From: an uncultured Planctomycetia bacterium
GTDB taxonomy: Bacteria; Omnitrophota; Gorgyraeia; Tantalellales; Tantalellaceae
Direction: 5' to 3'
Assembly (NCBI GenBank): GCA_964565425.1
Contig: CAZMEZ010000001.1
Span: 1 to 57,723 of the forward strand
Length of the DNA stretch: 57,723 bases
Positions 6,657 to 16,214 of the stretch are shown here, one piece after another. The translations under genes and the position numbers were made by a program. How positions within the stretch are numbered: position 1 is the first letter of the stretch; the number at the start of each line of letters is the position of its first letter. The notes beneath the pieces are model-generated. The model was not told where the DNA came from. It saw nothing but the letters and a program-made list of their open reading frames with translations, and did not search any database.

Positions 6657-8390
6657 TTATTCCGAAAATCCCATATCAAGGAAATTTTTAAGCTTCTTCG
6701 CCCTTATCGGGTGCCGGAGCTTTTTCAGCGCCTTTGCCTCTATCTGCCGGACCCTTTCCCTGGTCACGTTAAATATCTTGCCCACTTCTTCGAGAGTCCT
6801 GGGATAACCGTCCCCTATCCCGAACCTTAACGTCAGGACCTTTCTTTCTCTTTCCGTAAGCGTGTCCAGGACCTCATCCATTTGCTCCCTGAGCATGGCA
6901 TAAGCTGTGGCATTGGCCGGAGACACGGCCGACTTGTCCTCTATAAAATCCCCGAAACTTGTATCTCCCTCGTCCCCTATGGGTGTCTCCAGGGATATCG
7001 GATGCTGGGCTATCTTGATTATGCCCCTCACCTTTTCAACCGGTATTTTCATGGCAGACGCTATCTCTTCGGGCGTCGGTTCCCTGCCGTTCTCCTGCAC
7101 AAGAGCCCTGGAAACACGCACGAGCTTGTTGATCGTCTCGGTCATGTGTACCGGTATGCGTATCGTCCTCGACTGGTCCGCTATCGAACGGGTTATCGCC
7201 TGGCGTATCCACCAGGTAGCGTAAGTGCTGAACTTATATCCCCGCTCATATTCGAACTTGTCGACCGCTTTCATAAGACCCATGTTTCCTTCCTGTATAA
7301 GATCGAGGAAGGAAAGCCCTCTATTAGTATATTTCTTCGCTATGCTGACCACGAGCCTGAGGTTAGCCGCCACCAGTTCTTTTTTCGCCTTGGTGTACTC
7401 TTTCTCTATCTTCGTGAGGGCGCTATAGTCATTGGCGATCTGGTCAGGCGACCGGCCGATCTTCCTGGCCAGGCTTTTCATCTTGTTCTGGGTCTCTTTC
7501 AGCTCTTTTTTGCCCCGCCCTTTCTTGAGCCTCTCGACCTTGCTCTTGAGCCGCCTTGCCTCTTCCATCGGCTTGGATATCTCCTCGCCGATCTTCTCAA
7601 CAAGCGCTATCGTCACTTTCAGCTTTCTCATCAGCTTAATGACGGTATCCCCCTTCGTGGAAAGCTTTATGCGCTTGATCAACTGCCGTTTGGTATCCTC
7701 GAGCCTGTCAAGATCGGCGCCGGGCTGAATATCAAAAACATCGTCCAGGTTATATTCGTTGTCAAAGGCCTCCTCTATGGAGTCCAGCACCATCGCCCTT
7801 CCCGCTTTTATCATGAAGACTATTTCTTTGAAGTCCTTTTCCTTCTTTTTGATCCGTTTCGCAAGATCCAGCTCTTCGCTCCTGCTCAAGAGCGGTATTT
7901 GCCCCATTTGTTTAAGGTACATCTTTACGGGATCGTCTATCTGGACGAACTTGCGCGCTTTGACCTTCTTCTGGGCGCTCTTGACCGCGAGAGGGATCCT
8001 CTCTACCTCTTCTTCCGATTCCACCACCTTTATATCGGCGCTGTGGAGGGCGGTAATAACCTCGTCGATCTCGCTGGAAGACACCACGTCATCGGGAAGG
8101 ATCTCATTGACTTCGTCGTAACTTAAATACCCCTTATCCTTCCCTGCCCTGATAAGTTTGCGGACTATGGCTGACTTGCTCTTCTCGTGCTCCAGCGATC
8201 CCTCTTCGTCCGCGGCGGGGCCTTCTTCCCGCGATTTTTCGGCCCTGGAAGGTTTTTTTGTCCTGTACGACTCTTTCTTCGCCTTGGCGGCGCGCTTGGG
8301 TTTCGGGGCCTTTTTGGCCTTCTTCGCCTTCTTCTTTGACGCCTTTTTCTTCGCCCTGGCGATCTTCTTTATTTTCTTTTTTCTGGTCAT
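6657..8390 (-). CDS. rpoD: RNA polymerase sigma-70 factor RpoD with a lysine-rich N-terminal extension
   Basis: Regions 2-4 are clear: [73 protein letters not shown] at 8390; the track start at 8396 is a TTG. Confidence 0.95.
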   Translation of the reverse strand: MTRKKKIKKIARAKKKASKKKAKKAKKAPKPKRAAKAKKESYRTKKPSRAEKSREEGPAADEEGSLEHEKSKSAIVRKLIRAGKDKGYLSYDEVNEILPDDVVSSSEIDEVITALHSADIKVVESEEEVERIPLAVKSAQKKVKARKFVQIDDPVKMYLKQMGQIPLLSRSEELDLAKRIKKKEKDFKEIVFMIKAGRAMVLDSIEEAFDNEYNLDDVFDIQPGADLDRLEDTKRQLIKRIKLSTKGDTVIKLMRKLKVTIALVEKIGEEISKPMEEARRLKSKVERLKKGRGKKELKETQNKMKSLARKIGRSPDQIANDYSALTKIEKEYTKAKKELVAANLRLVVSIAKKYTNRGLSFLDLIQEGNMGLMKAVDKFEYERGYKFSTYATWWIRQAITRSIADQSRTIRIPVHMTETINKLVRVSRALVQENGREPTPEEIASAMKIPVEKVRGIIKIAQHPISLETPIGDEGDTSFGDFIEDKSAVSPANATAYAMLREQMDEVLDTLTERERKVLTLRFGIGDGYPRTLEEVGKIFNVTRERVRQIEAKALKKLRHPIRAKKLKNFLDMGFSE

Positions 8391-8392
8391 AA

Positions 8393-10174
8393 TCAAGCGA
8401 CCTTTTCTTTATGCATCTTGCTCAATTCTTCCCTGACATTCTTTATCCGGACTATTATATCCATGATCTCTGTGTCATTCTTCATCTCCTGCGCTTTCTT
8501 GAGCCGGGAATTGAGCCGCTTCAATTCATCTTCGCTGTTCTCTTTTTTCACGCAGAATATACAATCGTTCAGCGCCTTCTCCTGGTCATGGGTTATGTCG
8601 GCCTTCGCAAGCGCCTGGATAAGCGCGCCCTTGGCGTCTTCGCTGTCCTGCAAACGGCTTAGCAGCTTGGCGGGATCGACATCTTCCCCTCCTTTTTCAT
8701 AGAGATCCTTTACGGCGCAAATGGCTTTCTTAACGCTGGCATCGCAGAACTTATCGAACCCCAGCTCGGATCTTATCTTTTCGAACATCTTCCTGCTCAC
8801 CACTGCCAGCCCCAGAAGATGCGTTTCGCTTACCTTGTAATTGCTCGAGTCTTTGTCGACCGCCGCTTCGGATTCATAGTGGTACGAATAATCGGGTTTT
8901 ACTTTTTTCATTTCATATCTCAGGGATTGCTCGTGTATCCCCAGGCGTTCCGCCAGTTTTTTGATATAATCCGATTTTACGACCTCGTTCTGGACCCTTG
9001 CTATCGTCGGCAGCATCTCGTCCGTTACCCCGCCTATGTCCCGCGTCCCGAGCTTCCCTATTAAAAGGTCCAGTTTGTAGTCGAACAGGTCCTTCGCCCC
9101 TCTGACCATCCGCTCGAACCCCTCTTTGCCGTTCTTTCTCACAAAGCTGTCCGGGTCTTCCCCTTCCGGCAGCGAAACGATCCTGACCTTCATCCCGTTC
9201 TCGACCAGGATATCGAGACCCCTGAGGCTCGCCGCTTGCCCGGCCTGATCCGCATCGAAGACCATTACGGCGGTATCCGTGTATTTCTTCAGCATGTGCG
9301 CCTGCCTTGAGGTCAAAGCGGTACCGGAAGCGGCAACCAGGTTCGTGATGCCGTTCTTAAAAGGTATTATCACGTCCATGTACCCCTCGACTATCACCGC
9401 GTGCTCCTTTTCGCGGATCCCCTGTTTGCTGAAATTCAAGCCATACAGGACGTTGCTCTTACTGTATATCAAGGTCTCGGGCGAATTAATATATTTCGGC
9501 AGGGAATCGTCCATTACGCGTCCCCCGAACGCCACGATCTTTCCCCTCTCGTTGAATACGGGGAACATTATCCGGTTCCGGAACCTGTCATAATCGCCTT
9601 TTCCCTTCTCGCTCGGTATCGTAAGCCCGGCTTTCCTGAGAAGATCCGGAAGTATATTCTTAGACCCGCAGAATTTTCTCAGGCCTTCCCATTCATCCGG
9701 GGCAAAACCCACGTGAAAAGTTTTAGCGATATCGGAGCTTATCCCCCGTTTCTTAAGATATTCCTGCGCCCGGCGCCCCTTAGCGCTCATAAGGATATTC
9801 TGGTAGAACCCCGCGGCAAGCTCATTCACTTCGTAAAGACGGGACGAAAGCGATGCTTCTTCATCCGACCTCTTTTCGTATCGGGGCAATTCTACCCCCG
9901 CTTTTGCCGCCAGCATTTCGATAGCCTCGGGAAAGCTGAGGCTCTCATAATTCATGACAAAACCGACAATATTTCCCCCGGCGTGGCAACCGAAACAATG
10001 GTATATCTGCTTGTCGGGACTAACAACGAAAGACGGGGTCTTTTCATTGTGGAACGGACAGCAAGCCTTGAAATTCCTGCCCGCTTTCTTAAGCTGCACA
10101 TACTCGGAGATGACCTCCACTATGTCAAGCCTGTCCAGTATCTGGTCTATTGTTTCCTGCGGTATCATTCCCAT
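8393..10174 (-). CDS. dnaG: DNA primase
   Basis: 593 aa with a zinc-ribbon [11 protein letters not shown]...CFGCHAGG, a TOPRIM region ([20 protein letters not shown]) and a C-terminal helical domain. Confidence 0.95.
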   Translation of the reverse strand: MGMIPQETIDQILDRLDIVEVISEYVQLKKAGRNFKACCPFHNEKTPSFVVSPDKQIYHCFGCHAGGNIVGFVMNYESLSFPEAIEMLAAKAGVELPRYEKRSDEEASLSSRLYEVNELAAGFYQNILMSAKGRRAQEYLKKRGISSDIAKTFHVGFAPDEWEGLRKFCGSKNILPDLLRKAGLTIPSEKGKGDYDRFRNRIMFPVFNERGKIVAFGGRVMDDSLPKYINSPETLIYSKSNVLYGLNFSKQGIREKEHAVIVEGYMDVIIPFKNGITNLVAASGTALTSRQAHMLKKYTDTAVMVFDADQAGQAASLRGLDILVENGMKVRIVSLPEGEDPDSFVRKNGKEGFERMVRGAKDLFDYKLDLLIGKLGTRDIGGVTDEMLPTIARVQNEVVKSDYIKKLAERLGIHEQSLRYEMKKVKPDYSYHYESEAAVDKDSSNYKVSETHLLGLAVVSRKMFEKIRSELGFDKFCDASVKKAICAVKDLYEKGGEDVDPAKLLSRLQDSEDAKGALIQALAKADITHDQEKALNDCIFCVKKENSEDELKRLNSRLKKAQEMKNDTEIMDIIVRIKNVREELSKMHKEKVA

Positions 10175-10184
10175 TTTAAGCGGC

Positions 10185-11141
10185 CTAAATGCGACTCACC
10201 CTTTTAAATCCCGAACACTCTATAAAGTTGAGCTTTTCTTTTCGTTCGATCTCATCCAATAAAAGATTCATACCCAGGTTGTCGCTCGATATGTGCCCCG
10301 CGATGACATAATGTATGAATTCCGCTTTTGCGACCTTGAAAGAGGTCTCCTTGCAATGCATGCCTACGATAGTTTTTACCCCTGACTGCGACAGCCGGCT
10401 GAACAGTCTATCCGGGCCCGATGTCCCCCCGGTCATGTCGACGAATATCTTCCCGGCATCTTTATCCTCTTCGCCGATAAGGATGTGAGGGCCCACGCCC
10501 CTCTCGACCGCATCCTTGTATTCAGGTATCGTTTTAAGAAAACTTATGACATTTTTCAGCTTTTTCGGCTTTTTCTGATCGAACTTTTTCTGGAGATAAC
10601 GGGCCACGCAGTTATCGGCGGCCGTATGGATGCACATGAACGGTATGTCCAGTATCCTGGCCGCGTCCATGACCTGGGTATGATTGATCGCCGAAAGGTT
10701 GCGGGCCACTTCTTCCATGCGATCTTTCATCATGCCCTTTGCCACTTCAGGCGAAAGGCCGTATTTTTCCCACAGGACCGGCTGTATGTCCATTACCCTG
10801 TTCAGATACGCAAGGCCTTTTCCCGAAGGATGATGGGATATGACCAGGTCCAACTTCACGCCTTTTTCTCTCAACCGATCCGCGAGGAGGATCTCTCCGA
10901 CGCCTATGTCCACGCCCACCATCGCGGTCTTTACCTTCTCGTCCCCCTTACCGTTCAATATCCTGGTATCGGCATACGGGTTTTTGAATCTTTCCCTGTC
11001 GAAGAACGCTTTATCCACTCCCCTGGCTTTTCGGTATTCCTTCTTCGCGTCTTTAAGTACCTCCTCGACAACGCGCTTCGGCCTCTGGTCTTCTTTCATG
11101 CCCTTTTTTACGGCAAGTTCATATAACGCCCTAAGCTTCAT
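10185..11141 (-). CDS. NIF3 (DUF34) family dinuclear-metal protein, divergent
   Basis: LVISHHP and AGHISSD motifs are spaced as in NIF3/YqfO proteins. The start is uncertain (11141 or 11189). Confidence 0.55.
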   Translation of the reverse strand: MKLRALYELAVKKGMKEDQRPKRVVEEVLKDAKKEYRKARGVDKAFFDRERFKNPYADTRILNGKGDEKVKTAMVGVDIGVGEILLADRLREKGVKLDLVISHHPSGKGLAYLNRVMDIQPVLWEKYGLSPEVAKGMMKDRMEEVARNLSAINHTQVMDAARILDIPFMCIHTAADNCVARYLQKKFDQKKPKKLKNVISFLKTIPEYKDAVERGVGPHILIGEEDKDAGKIFVDMTGGTSGPDRLFSRLSQSGVKTIVGMHCKETSFKVAKAEFIHYVIAGHISSDNLGMNLLLDEIERKEKLNFIECSGFKRVSRI

Positions 11142-11706
11142 TTTCCTTACCACCTTTCTTCGCGGTATCAAATATTTCCTTAACAACATCTTCCTTTTGC
11201 TTACCCCCGGATCCTCCCAGGAACTTTGTCATGGAGCTGTACAACCAGGCGTCCAGCTCCACAAAATACATGCAAACCCGGGAATCGCGCGGCGCTGACT
11301 GTTTCAAAGGATCGACCGGGACCATCACCAGGAATATCCCGATAATACCCAGGAACATAAACCCACGAAAACCGGCAAGCACTGCCCCGCCTATCCGTTC
11401 AATGACGGAAAGATCCCCTATCTCCTCCTTCCGGAATATGCTATCCAGAATTTTGACGCCTGCGAACGATATGGCGGATATCGTAAAAAAAGAAACCGGT
11501 TTTGACCACCTGCTCCGTAAAAACCCGAATATGGTTTCCGCAAAATGGTTATAGTAGCTCAAAGAAATGAAAATTATAAACAGACAACCCGCGAGGGAAA
11601 GCACCTGATTGCCGGCGCCGGTGCGTAATCCTTTATAAATTATTCCCAATAAAAGAATTATGAAAAATACGTCCAGCCAGTTGAGATCCTGAATTATGCC
11701 CGGCAA
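11131..11706 (-). CDS. cvpA: CvpA family membrane protein
   Basis: 191 aa with four hydrophobic segments. The N-terminus NWLDVFFIILLLGIIYKGLRTG is typical of CvpA. TTG start. Confidence 0.65.
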   Translation of the reverse strand: MPGIIQDLNWLDVFFIILLLGIIYKGLRTGAGNQVLSLAGCLFIIFISLSYYNHFAETIFGFLRSRWSKPVSFFTISAISFAGVKILDSIFRKEEIGDLSVIERIGGAVLAGFRGFMFLGIIGIFLVMVPVDPLKQSAPRDSRVCMYFVELDAWLYSSMTKFLGGSGGKQKEDVVKEIFDTAKKGGKENEA

Positions 11707-11820
11707 AATTTCCCCCGTTACATTTGGAATTTGGAATTAGGAGTATATCATATAAATATGGGCAAGTCAAACCGGGCGCAAAGCATATCTTAATTTTGAT
11801 TACATTAATATGGCATATTT

Positions 11821-13107
11821 TTACCTATTTTCATAAGTGCTTATCAATAAACACGGTATGGTTTTATCCACCCCTGTGACTTTATTTCGCACTATTTGAC
11901 CCCTCTTAATATCTGCCCCATTGATCCGCGCCATAAGGTACTCGCCCGTATATCCTCCCGCGTATTCCTCGTTTTTTCGTTCTTCGACCAGGATATCCAC
12001 TTCTTTTCCGATAAATTTCCCGCAAAATCCCATTTGCAGTTTTTCGCCCTCTTTTATCAGACATTCCACTCGTTCTTTTGCCGTGGTTGACGGCACCTTG
12101 TCCGCGTAACCGTATGCCGGGGTCCCCTTGCGGTCGCTATACCTAAAGACATGCAGCCGCGATGGCATGAGTTCGCCGATCAGGTCCATTGTGCGGGCAA
12201 AATCCTTGTCGGTTTCGCCGGGAAAACCGGCGATCACGTCCATGGTCAGGCCCAACATCGGCATCTTCCGGCGCACGTTCCCTATGATATCCCTGAAAGC
12301 GGATGAATCATACCTCCTGTTCATGCGGCTGAGCATCCTGTCCGATCCGCTCTGGAGCGGAACATGCAGATGCCGGCACACCTTCCCGGAGCACGCTATC
12401 GCATTTATAAGATCGCCGTCAATGTGGTTCGGCTCGATCGAACTGAGCCTTATCCTGAAATCTCCCGCCACCCCGTCCAGTTCTTTAACGAGGTCCGGGA
12501 GACGCTCCCCTTTCTTCCCCCGCCATGACCCCAGGCAAATACCCGTGATCACGATCTCACGGTACCCTCCCGCCGCCAACCGGGCAGCTTCTTCCAGCAC
12601 CTCGCTACTGCCGCGGCTTCGAGAAGGCCCTCTCACAAGGCTTACCTTACAATAAGCGCATCGCTGGTCACAACCGTCCTGCACCTTTAAAAAAGCCCTT
12701 GTATGCGCGTGGAATCCCGCAATTTCCTCTTTGAACGACCGGTCGGTCTTCTCCCCCGCAAGATAATTCGCGACTATCGACGGTATCTTCCGTTTATCCT
12801 TACCCGGGATGACGCCCTCTACCTCCGGCATTGACTCGAGCGCCGCGATGTCCTCCTCGAATACCGCGTAACACCCCGTAACGAAGACCTTAAGGGCCGG
12901 ATTGCTCTTTTTCACGCTCCGGATAAGCTTTCTTGTTTTCGCGTCGGCCGTATCCGTCACGGTACACGAGTTGAGTATGAAGACATCGGCGCTCCCGGGC
13001 TCCGATTCTTCGAAACCCATTTCCCTGAGGTTTTCCCTCAGCGCTTGTTCCTCATACTGGTTTACCTTACAACCGAGCGCTTTAACCGCGAATTTTATCT
13101 TTTTCAT
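11821..13107 (-). CDS. mtaB: tRNA t6A37 methylthiotransferase MtaB (radical SAM MTTase)
   Basis: 428 aa. N-terminal UPF0004 domain LGCKVNQYE, radical SAM CDQRCAYC, C-terminal TRAM domain. Confidence 0.85.
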   Translation of the reverse strand: MKKIKFAVKALGCKVNQYEEQALRENLREMGFEESEPGSADVFILNSCTVTDTADAKTRKLIRSVKKSNPALKVFVTGCYAVFEEDIAALESMPEVEGVIPGKDKRKIPSIVANYLAGEKTDRSFKEEIAGFHAHTRAFLKVQDGCDQRCAYCKVSLVRGPSRSRGSSEVLEEAARLAAGGYREIVITGICLGSWRGKKGERLPDLVKELDGVAGDFRIRLSSIEPNHIDGDLINAIACSGKVCRHLHVPLQSGSDRMLSRMNRRYDSSAFRDIIGNVRRKMPMLGLTMDVIAGFPGETDKDFARTMDLIGELMPSRLHVFRYSDRKGTPAYGYADKVPSTTAKERVECLIKEGEKLQMGFCGKFIGKEVDILVEERKNEEYAGGYTGEYLMARINGADIKRGQIVRNKVTGVDKTIPCLLISTYENR

Positions 13108-13149
13108 GTCTTTGTCATATGAGCGAACTCAGGATATGGGCCGGAAAAG

Positions 13150-13887
13150 CTACACGGAGAACTCGTAATCCAGTACGGAAAGAAGGAAAAGTCCCGCCGT
13201 GTCGCTCCTCAGCACCCTTTTACCGAGCGAAACGAAGCGACAGTTCTCGGCCCCGGCCATCTTGACCTCTTCGGACGTGAAATCCCCTTCCGGGCCGATA
13301 AAAATGAGAACATTCCCCGTTTTGAACCCCTTGAGCGCTTCCTTAAGGGGGATCGTATTATCCGTAAGACAAGCGACCAGGACCAGGTCATACTGGTCCA
13401 CCCGCGTAAGCATATCGCGGTATTCCGTGACATCATCTATGCCGGGAACGTTCGTTCTCCCGCATTGTTTGGATGCTTCAACGGCTATTTTTCTCCACCT
13501 CTCGACCTTCGTCCTGCACCCCGCGTCATCCGGCCGCACTATGGTCCGATCCGTCACCAGGGGAACCACGCGCGCTACACCCAATTCCGTAGCTTTTTCA
13601 ATGATATAACCCATCTTGGCCTTTTTCGGTATACTTTGAGCGAGGGTCGCCTCGGGAACACGCCTGAGCGAAGGTCTTTCCGTGCGCACCACATCCACGA
13701 CCAGCCTTTTCAGCGTCCTGTTCGCCTCTTTTATGAAGCCGACATATTCGTTTCCCGTGCCATCGAACACGACGACGGTGTCGCCGTCCCGCATCCTCAT
13801 GACATCAAGGATGTGATGGGCCTCCTTACCGTCTATTACTATTTCTTTCTCCCCGGCCTTTTCGGGCGGGACGTAAAATCGACTCAT
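13150..13887 (-). CDS. rsmE: 16S rRNA (uracil1498-N3)-methyltransferase
   Basis: 245 aa: MSRFYVP...HHILDVMRMR...FIGPEGDFT. Confidence 0.85.
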   Translation of the reverse strand: MSRFYVPPEKAGEKEIVIDGKEAHHILDVMRMRDGDTVVVFDGTGNEYVGFIKEANRTLKRLVVDVVRTERPSLRRVPEATLAQSIPKKAKMGYIIEKATELGVARVVPLVTDRTIVRPDDAGCRTKVERWRKIAVEASKQCGRTNVPGIDDVTEYRDMLTRVDQYDLVLVACLTDNTIPLKEALKGFKTGNVLIFIGPEGDFTSEEVKMAGAENCRFVSLGKRVLRSDTAGLFLLSVLDYEFSV

Positions 13888-13890
13888 TGG

Positions 13891-13925
13891 TTCGTCCTTC
13901 GTCGTTCGTCGTTCGAATTTCGGAT
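13891..13925. repeat. Degenerate heptamer array (TTCGNNN) x5
   Basis: ttcgtcc ttcgtcg ttcgtcg ttcgaat ttcggat, directly upstream of the rsmE start. A second block, tactcgt cactcgt caccctc, lies at 13961-13981. Confidence 0.9.
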
Positions 13926-13966
13926 TTGATGAATCAAATCCCTACAGGTATACTTCCCGTTACTCG

Positions 13967-15481
13967 TCACTCGTCACCCTCCAAATCCCTCTCTCCGAAC
14001 ACTTCCGCCGTAAACACGTACATCTCACACTTGCCCGTCTTCCACGCGTCCGACGGTATCCCCGCTTTATGGGCGCAAAGACTGTTCATGAACTGTTCCC
14101 TGTTCCACCCCGTCTCGTCGGCCACTTGCGGAAGGTAGACGCCACCCTTCCAGCCCATGCGTACCATCACGCCGTGCTTTCCAACCTCTATCTCGCTATA
14201 ATCATCTATCTTTTCCATCGAGGACAGGGCCGATATCTCTATATCAACCTCGTCCAGTTCATCCAAAGTCACCGGCGGGAACCTGGGATCTTCCGTGGCA
14301 GCCGCGATGGCCATGTCCCGCACCGTCAAATACAGGGGGCCTGTCGCCGCCAAATTCCCGATACACCCTCTAAGGCTCCCGCTCTCGCGCAGCGTCACGA
14401 AAACTCCCATATCTTTTTTCAGGACCTCGTCGCTGACTTCAGGCTCAAAACGCTTGCCGGTTTCAAGATATTCTTTTATGGTATCCCTGGCTATCTTCAA
14501 AAGCTCTTTTCTCTGTGAACCGTTAAGCATGTTCCCCTCCTTGGATTTTCCGGTTGCCCGGGGCAAGGGGCCGGCAACTCGGGACTTGACGAACGCCGCG
14601 CTCATATATCCGACAACAGAAGCTTTCATGCCGTACGTGTCGCCTGAACTGGCATACTTCAGCACCTTCACTTCATCGGCCCCCAGTCTTTTGCATGCTT
14701 TCATCACGGCATAAACCGCGCCGAACCCGCACATCCGACGGTCATTCTTGTCCAGAATGCTCTTGCGGTAAAACCCATCCGGATCAAAGGTCTTTATGGC
14801 GTCTATCGTGCCGGCATCCTGCTCTCTCGCCTCTTCGTAAGGAAGCTGGTGACACATATCCGTGCTTGCCACTATCGCGTAACTCTTCTCCTCTTTCAAG
14901 GCATCATACAACGCGTCTGCCAGGAGGTCCGCATTATCCTTCCTCTGATCGCAAAGCGCCACAAGCACCAGATCAACATCACCAAGAGCGACCTGGGCGA
15001 ACGGAACTTCAAGCTCAACGGAGTTTTCCGAAGTAAACGCCTCGGGTATATACTGGATCCTCTCATCATAGGCCAGGAGTTTTTCGGTCAGGGTTTTATC
15101 TATGCGCGTTCTTCCGAGCGGTGTAACATAGCTCGAATCCGCCAGCACGGATATCCTGCCCGGAAAATACCTCCTATGCGTGAACCCTACTATTATCACT
15201 TTGCGCGGCCGATCCTCCATGAGCGCCTTGAAGGAGTAGGCCGCGACCGGCCCGGAGAACCTTATACCGGCGTGCGGCGATATGACCCCCAGGACTTCGC
15301 CGTTGATCCTGCCGACATCGGCGTCTTCCAGATATTTTATTATTTCGGCCTTTAGCTCACCGGCTGAAGCGGGGTACCACGAGCCGGCAAGATCGGCCTG
15401 TTTTGCCGGAGCCCCTTCCGGCAGGAATGTAAGCGCGAGAACCAGGCTCGCCAGCAAAAACCGTTTACACGTATCCGTCAT
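13967..15481 (-). CDS. Fusion of MEMO-like (AmmeMemoRadiSam system protein B) and AMMECR1 (protein A) domains, with an N-terminal signal-like segment
   Basis: MEMO part: GSWYPASAGEL, ISPHAGIRFSGPVAAYSF. AMMECR1 part: GVFVTLRESGSLRGCIGNL. The N-terminus is KRFLLASLVLALTFLPEGAPA. Confidence 0.85.
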   Translation of the reverse strand: MTDTCKRFLLASLVLALTFLPEGAPAKQADLAGSWYPASAGELKAEIIKYLEDADVGRINGEVLGVISPHAGIRFSGPVAAYSFKALMEDRPRKVIIVGFTHRRYFPGRISVLADSSYVTPLGRTRIDKTLTEKLLAYDERIQYIPEAFTSENSVELEVPFAQVALGDVDLVLVALCDQRKDNADLLADALYDALKEEKSYAIVASTDMCHQLPYEEAREQDAGTIDAIKTFDPDGFYRKSILDKNDRRMCGFGAVYAVMKACKRLGADEVKVLKYASSGDTYGMKASVVGYMSAAFVKSRVAGPLPRATGKSKEGNMLNGSQRKELLKIARDTIKEYLETGKRFEPEVSDEVLKKDMGVFVTLRESGSLRGCIGNLAATGPLYLTVRDMAIAAATEDPRFPPVTLDELDEVDIEISALSSMEKIDDYSEIEVGKHGVMVRMGWKGGVYLPQVADETGWNREQFMNSLCAHKAGIPSDAWKTGKCEMYVFTAEVFGERDLEGDE

Positions 15482-15906
15482 CGTCTTTCCACCCGCATCC
15501 TGTCAATAACGCTCCCGTTCATGGCGTCCGCGCACTGGTAACATAATGTCCGGAGGTTCGGCCCCGTCTCAAGCCAAAGTCCGTTATAGTCGCTGCAAGT
15601 AAAAGGATCTCCTCCTTCTACTACCATTTCTATTATCTCGGAACTGGCCGCAGCGATCACGTAACCCAGCTTTCTTCCCCTGTTGGTGACCAGCCGCCGC
15701 GCGATCACGTGAATATACACGGCCGGGCCTTCTTTCACCATCCGGACGTCTTTTATCTCTCCGAACGCTTTATCCATGTAATTATCCACTTCTTTGTCGA
15801 TGTCGCCGTCGCCGACGACTTCAACCTTGACGCGTATCCTGTTATCCTGCGCGAGCGCGGCATGGTGAAGAAAAACGACCCCGGCCGCGATGACAAATGA
15901 TATCAA
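15478..15906 (-). CDS. Hypothetical exported protein; start codon unresolved
   Basis: The ORF-track version (to 16239) runs through tRNA-Ala and cannot be real. The only canonical in-frame start before the signal-like KRSLLISFVIAAGVVFLHHAALA is TTG 15906. ATC 15921 and an upstream ATT would give a better signal peptide. The stop overlaps the next gene in an ATGA. Confidence 0.45.
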   Translation of the reverse strand: MISFVIAAGVVFLHHAALAQDNRIRVKVEVVGDGDIDKEVDNYMDKAFGEIKDVRMVKEGPAVYIHVIARRLVTNRGRKLGYVIAAASSEIIEMVVEGGDPFTCSDYNGLWLETGPNLRTLCYQCADAMNGSVIDRMRVERR

Positions 15907-16027
15907 TAAGGATCTTTTGATGTGTGGAATACTAAAAGGAAAGGTATCGGAAAATAGAGAATCGAGAATCGATCGCGATCTCCATTCTCTTCTCTTCGAA
16001 TGTCGAATTTCGAATGTCGATTGCTCC

Positions 16028-16052
16028 AAAATTTCGCCTCCGGCGAAATTTT
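16028..16052 (-). terminator. Terminator hairpin immediately 3' of tRNA-Ala
   Basis: AAAATTTCGCC-TCC-GGCGAAATTTT, an 11-bp perfect palindrome whose outer A/T runs provide the U-tract. Confidence 0.6.
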
Positions 16053-16128
16053 TGGTGGAGCAGATGGGATTCGAACCCACGACCCCCACGTTGCGAACGT
16101 GATGCTCTTCCAGCTGAGCTACTGCCCC
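16053..16128 (-). tRNA. tRNA-Ala (anticodon CGC), CCA encoded
   Basis: The reverse complement reads GGGGCAG-TA-GCTC-AGCTGGAA-GAGC-A-TCACG-TTCGCAA-CGTGG-GGGTC-GTGGG-TTCGAAT-CCCAT-CTGCTCC-ACCA. The G3:U70 identity pair is present. Confidence 0.9.
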
Positions 16129-16146
16129 ACCGTTAAATTGTGAAAC

Positions 16147-16174
16147 ATTATAACACATATTCTCAAAACGTAAA
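16147..16174 (-). promoter_or_regulatory. Candidate promoter for tRNA-Ala
   Basis: On the minus strand: TTTACG (16169-16174), 16-nt spacer, TATAAT (16147-16152), about 18 nt upstream of the tRNA. Confidence 0.45.
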
Positions 16175-16214
16175 GCTTGCGTCTCTAATGTCACGTCTCC
16201 GCACCCCCGTCCTG

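Noticed and set aside
6882-8126. Long antisense ORFs opposite well-supported genes (for example 6882-8126 opposite rpoD, 19780-21015 opposite the TPR gene, 40057-41358 opposite ftsK, 47245-48339 opposite nrnA, 51793-52698 opposite xerD)
   Set aside because: These are shadow ORFs. The opposite-strand genes have clear conserved motifs, while the antisense translations are low-complexity (rich in R, L, P, S) and lack start contexts.
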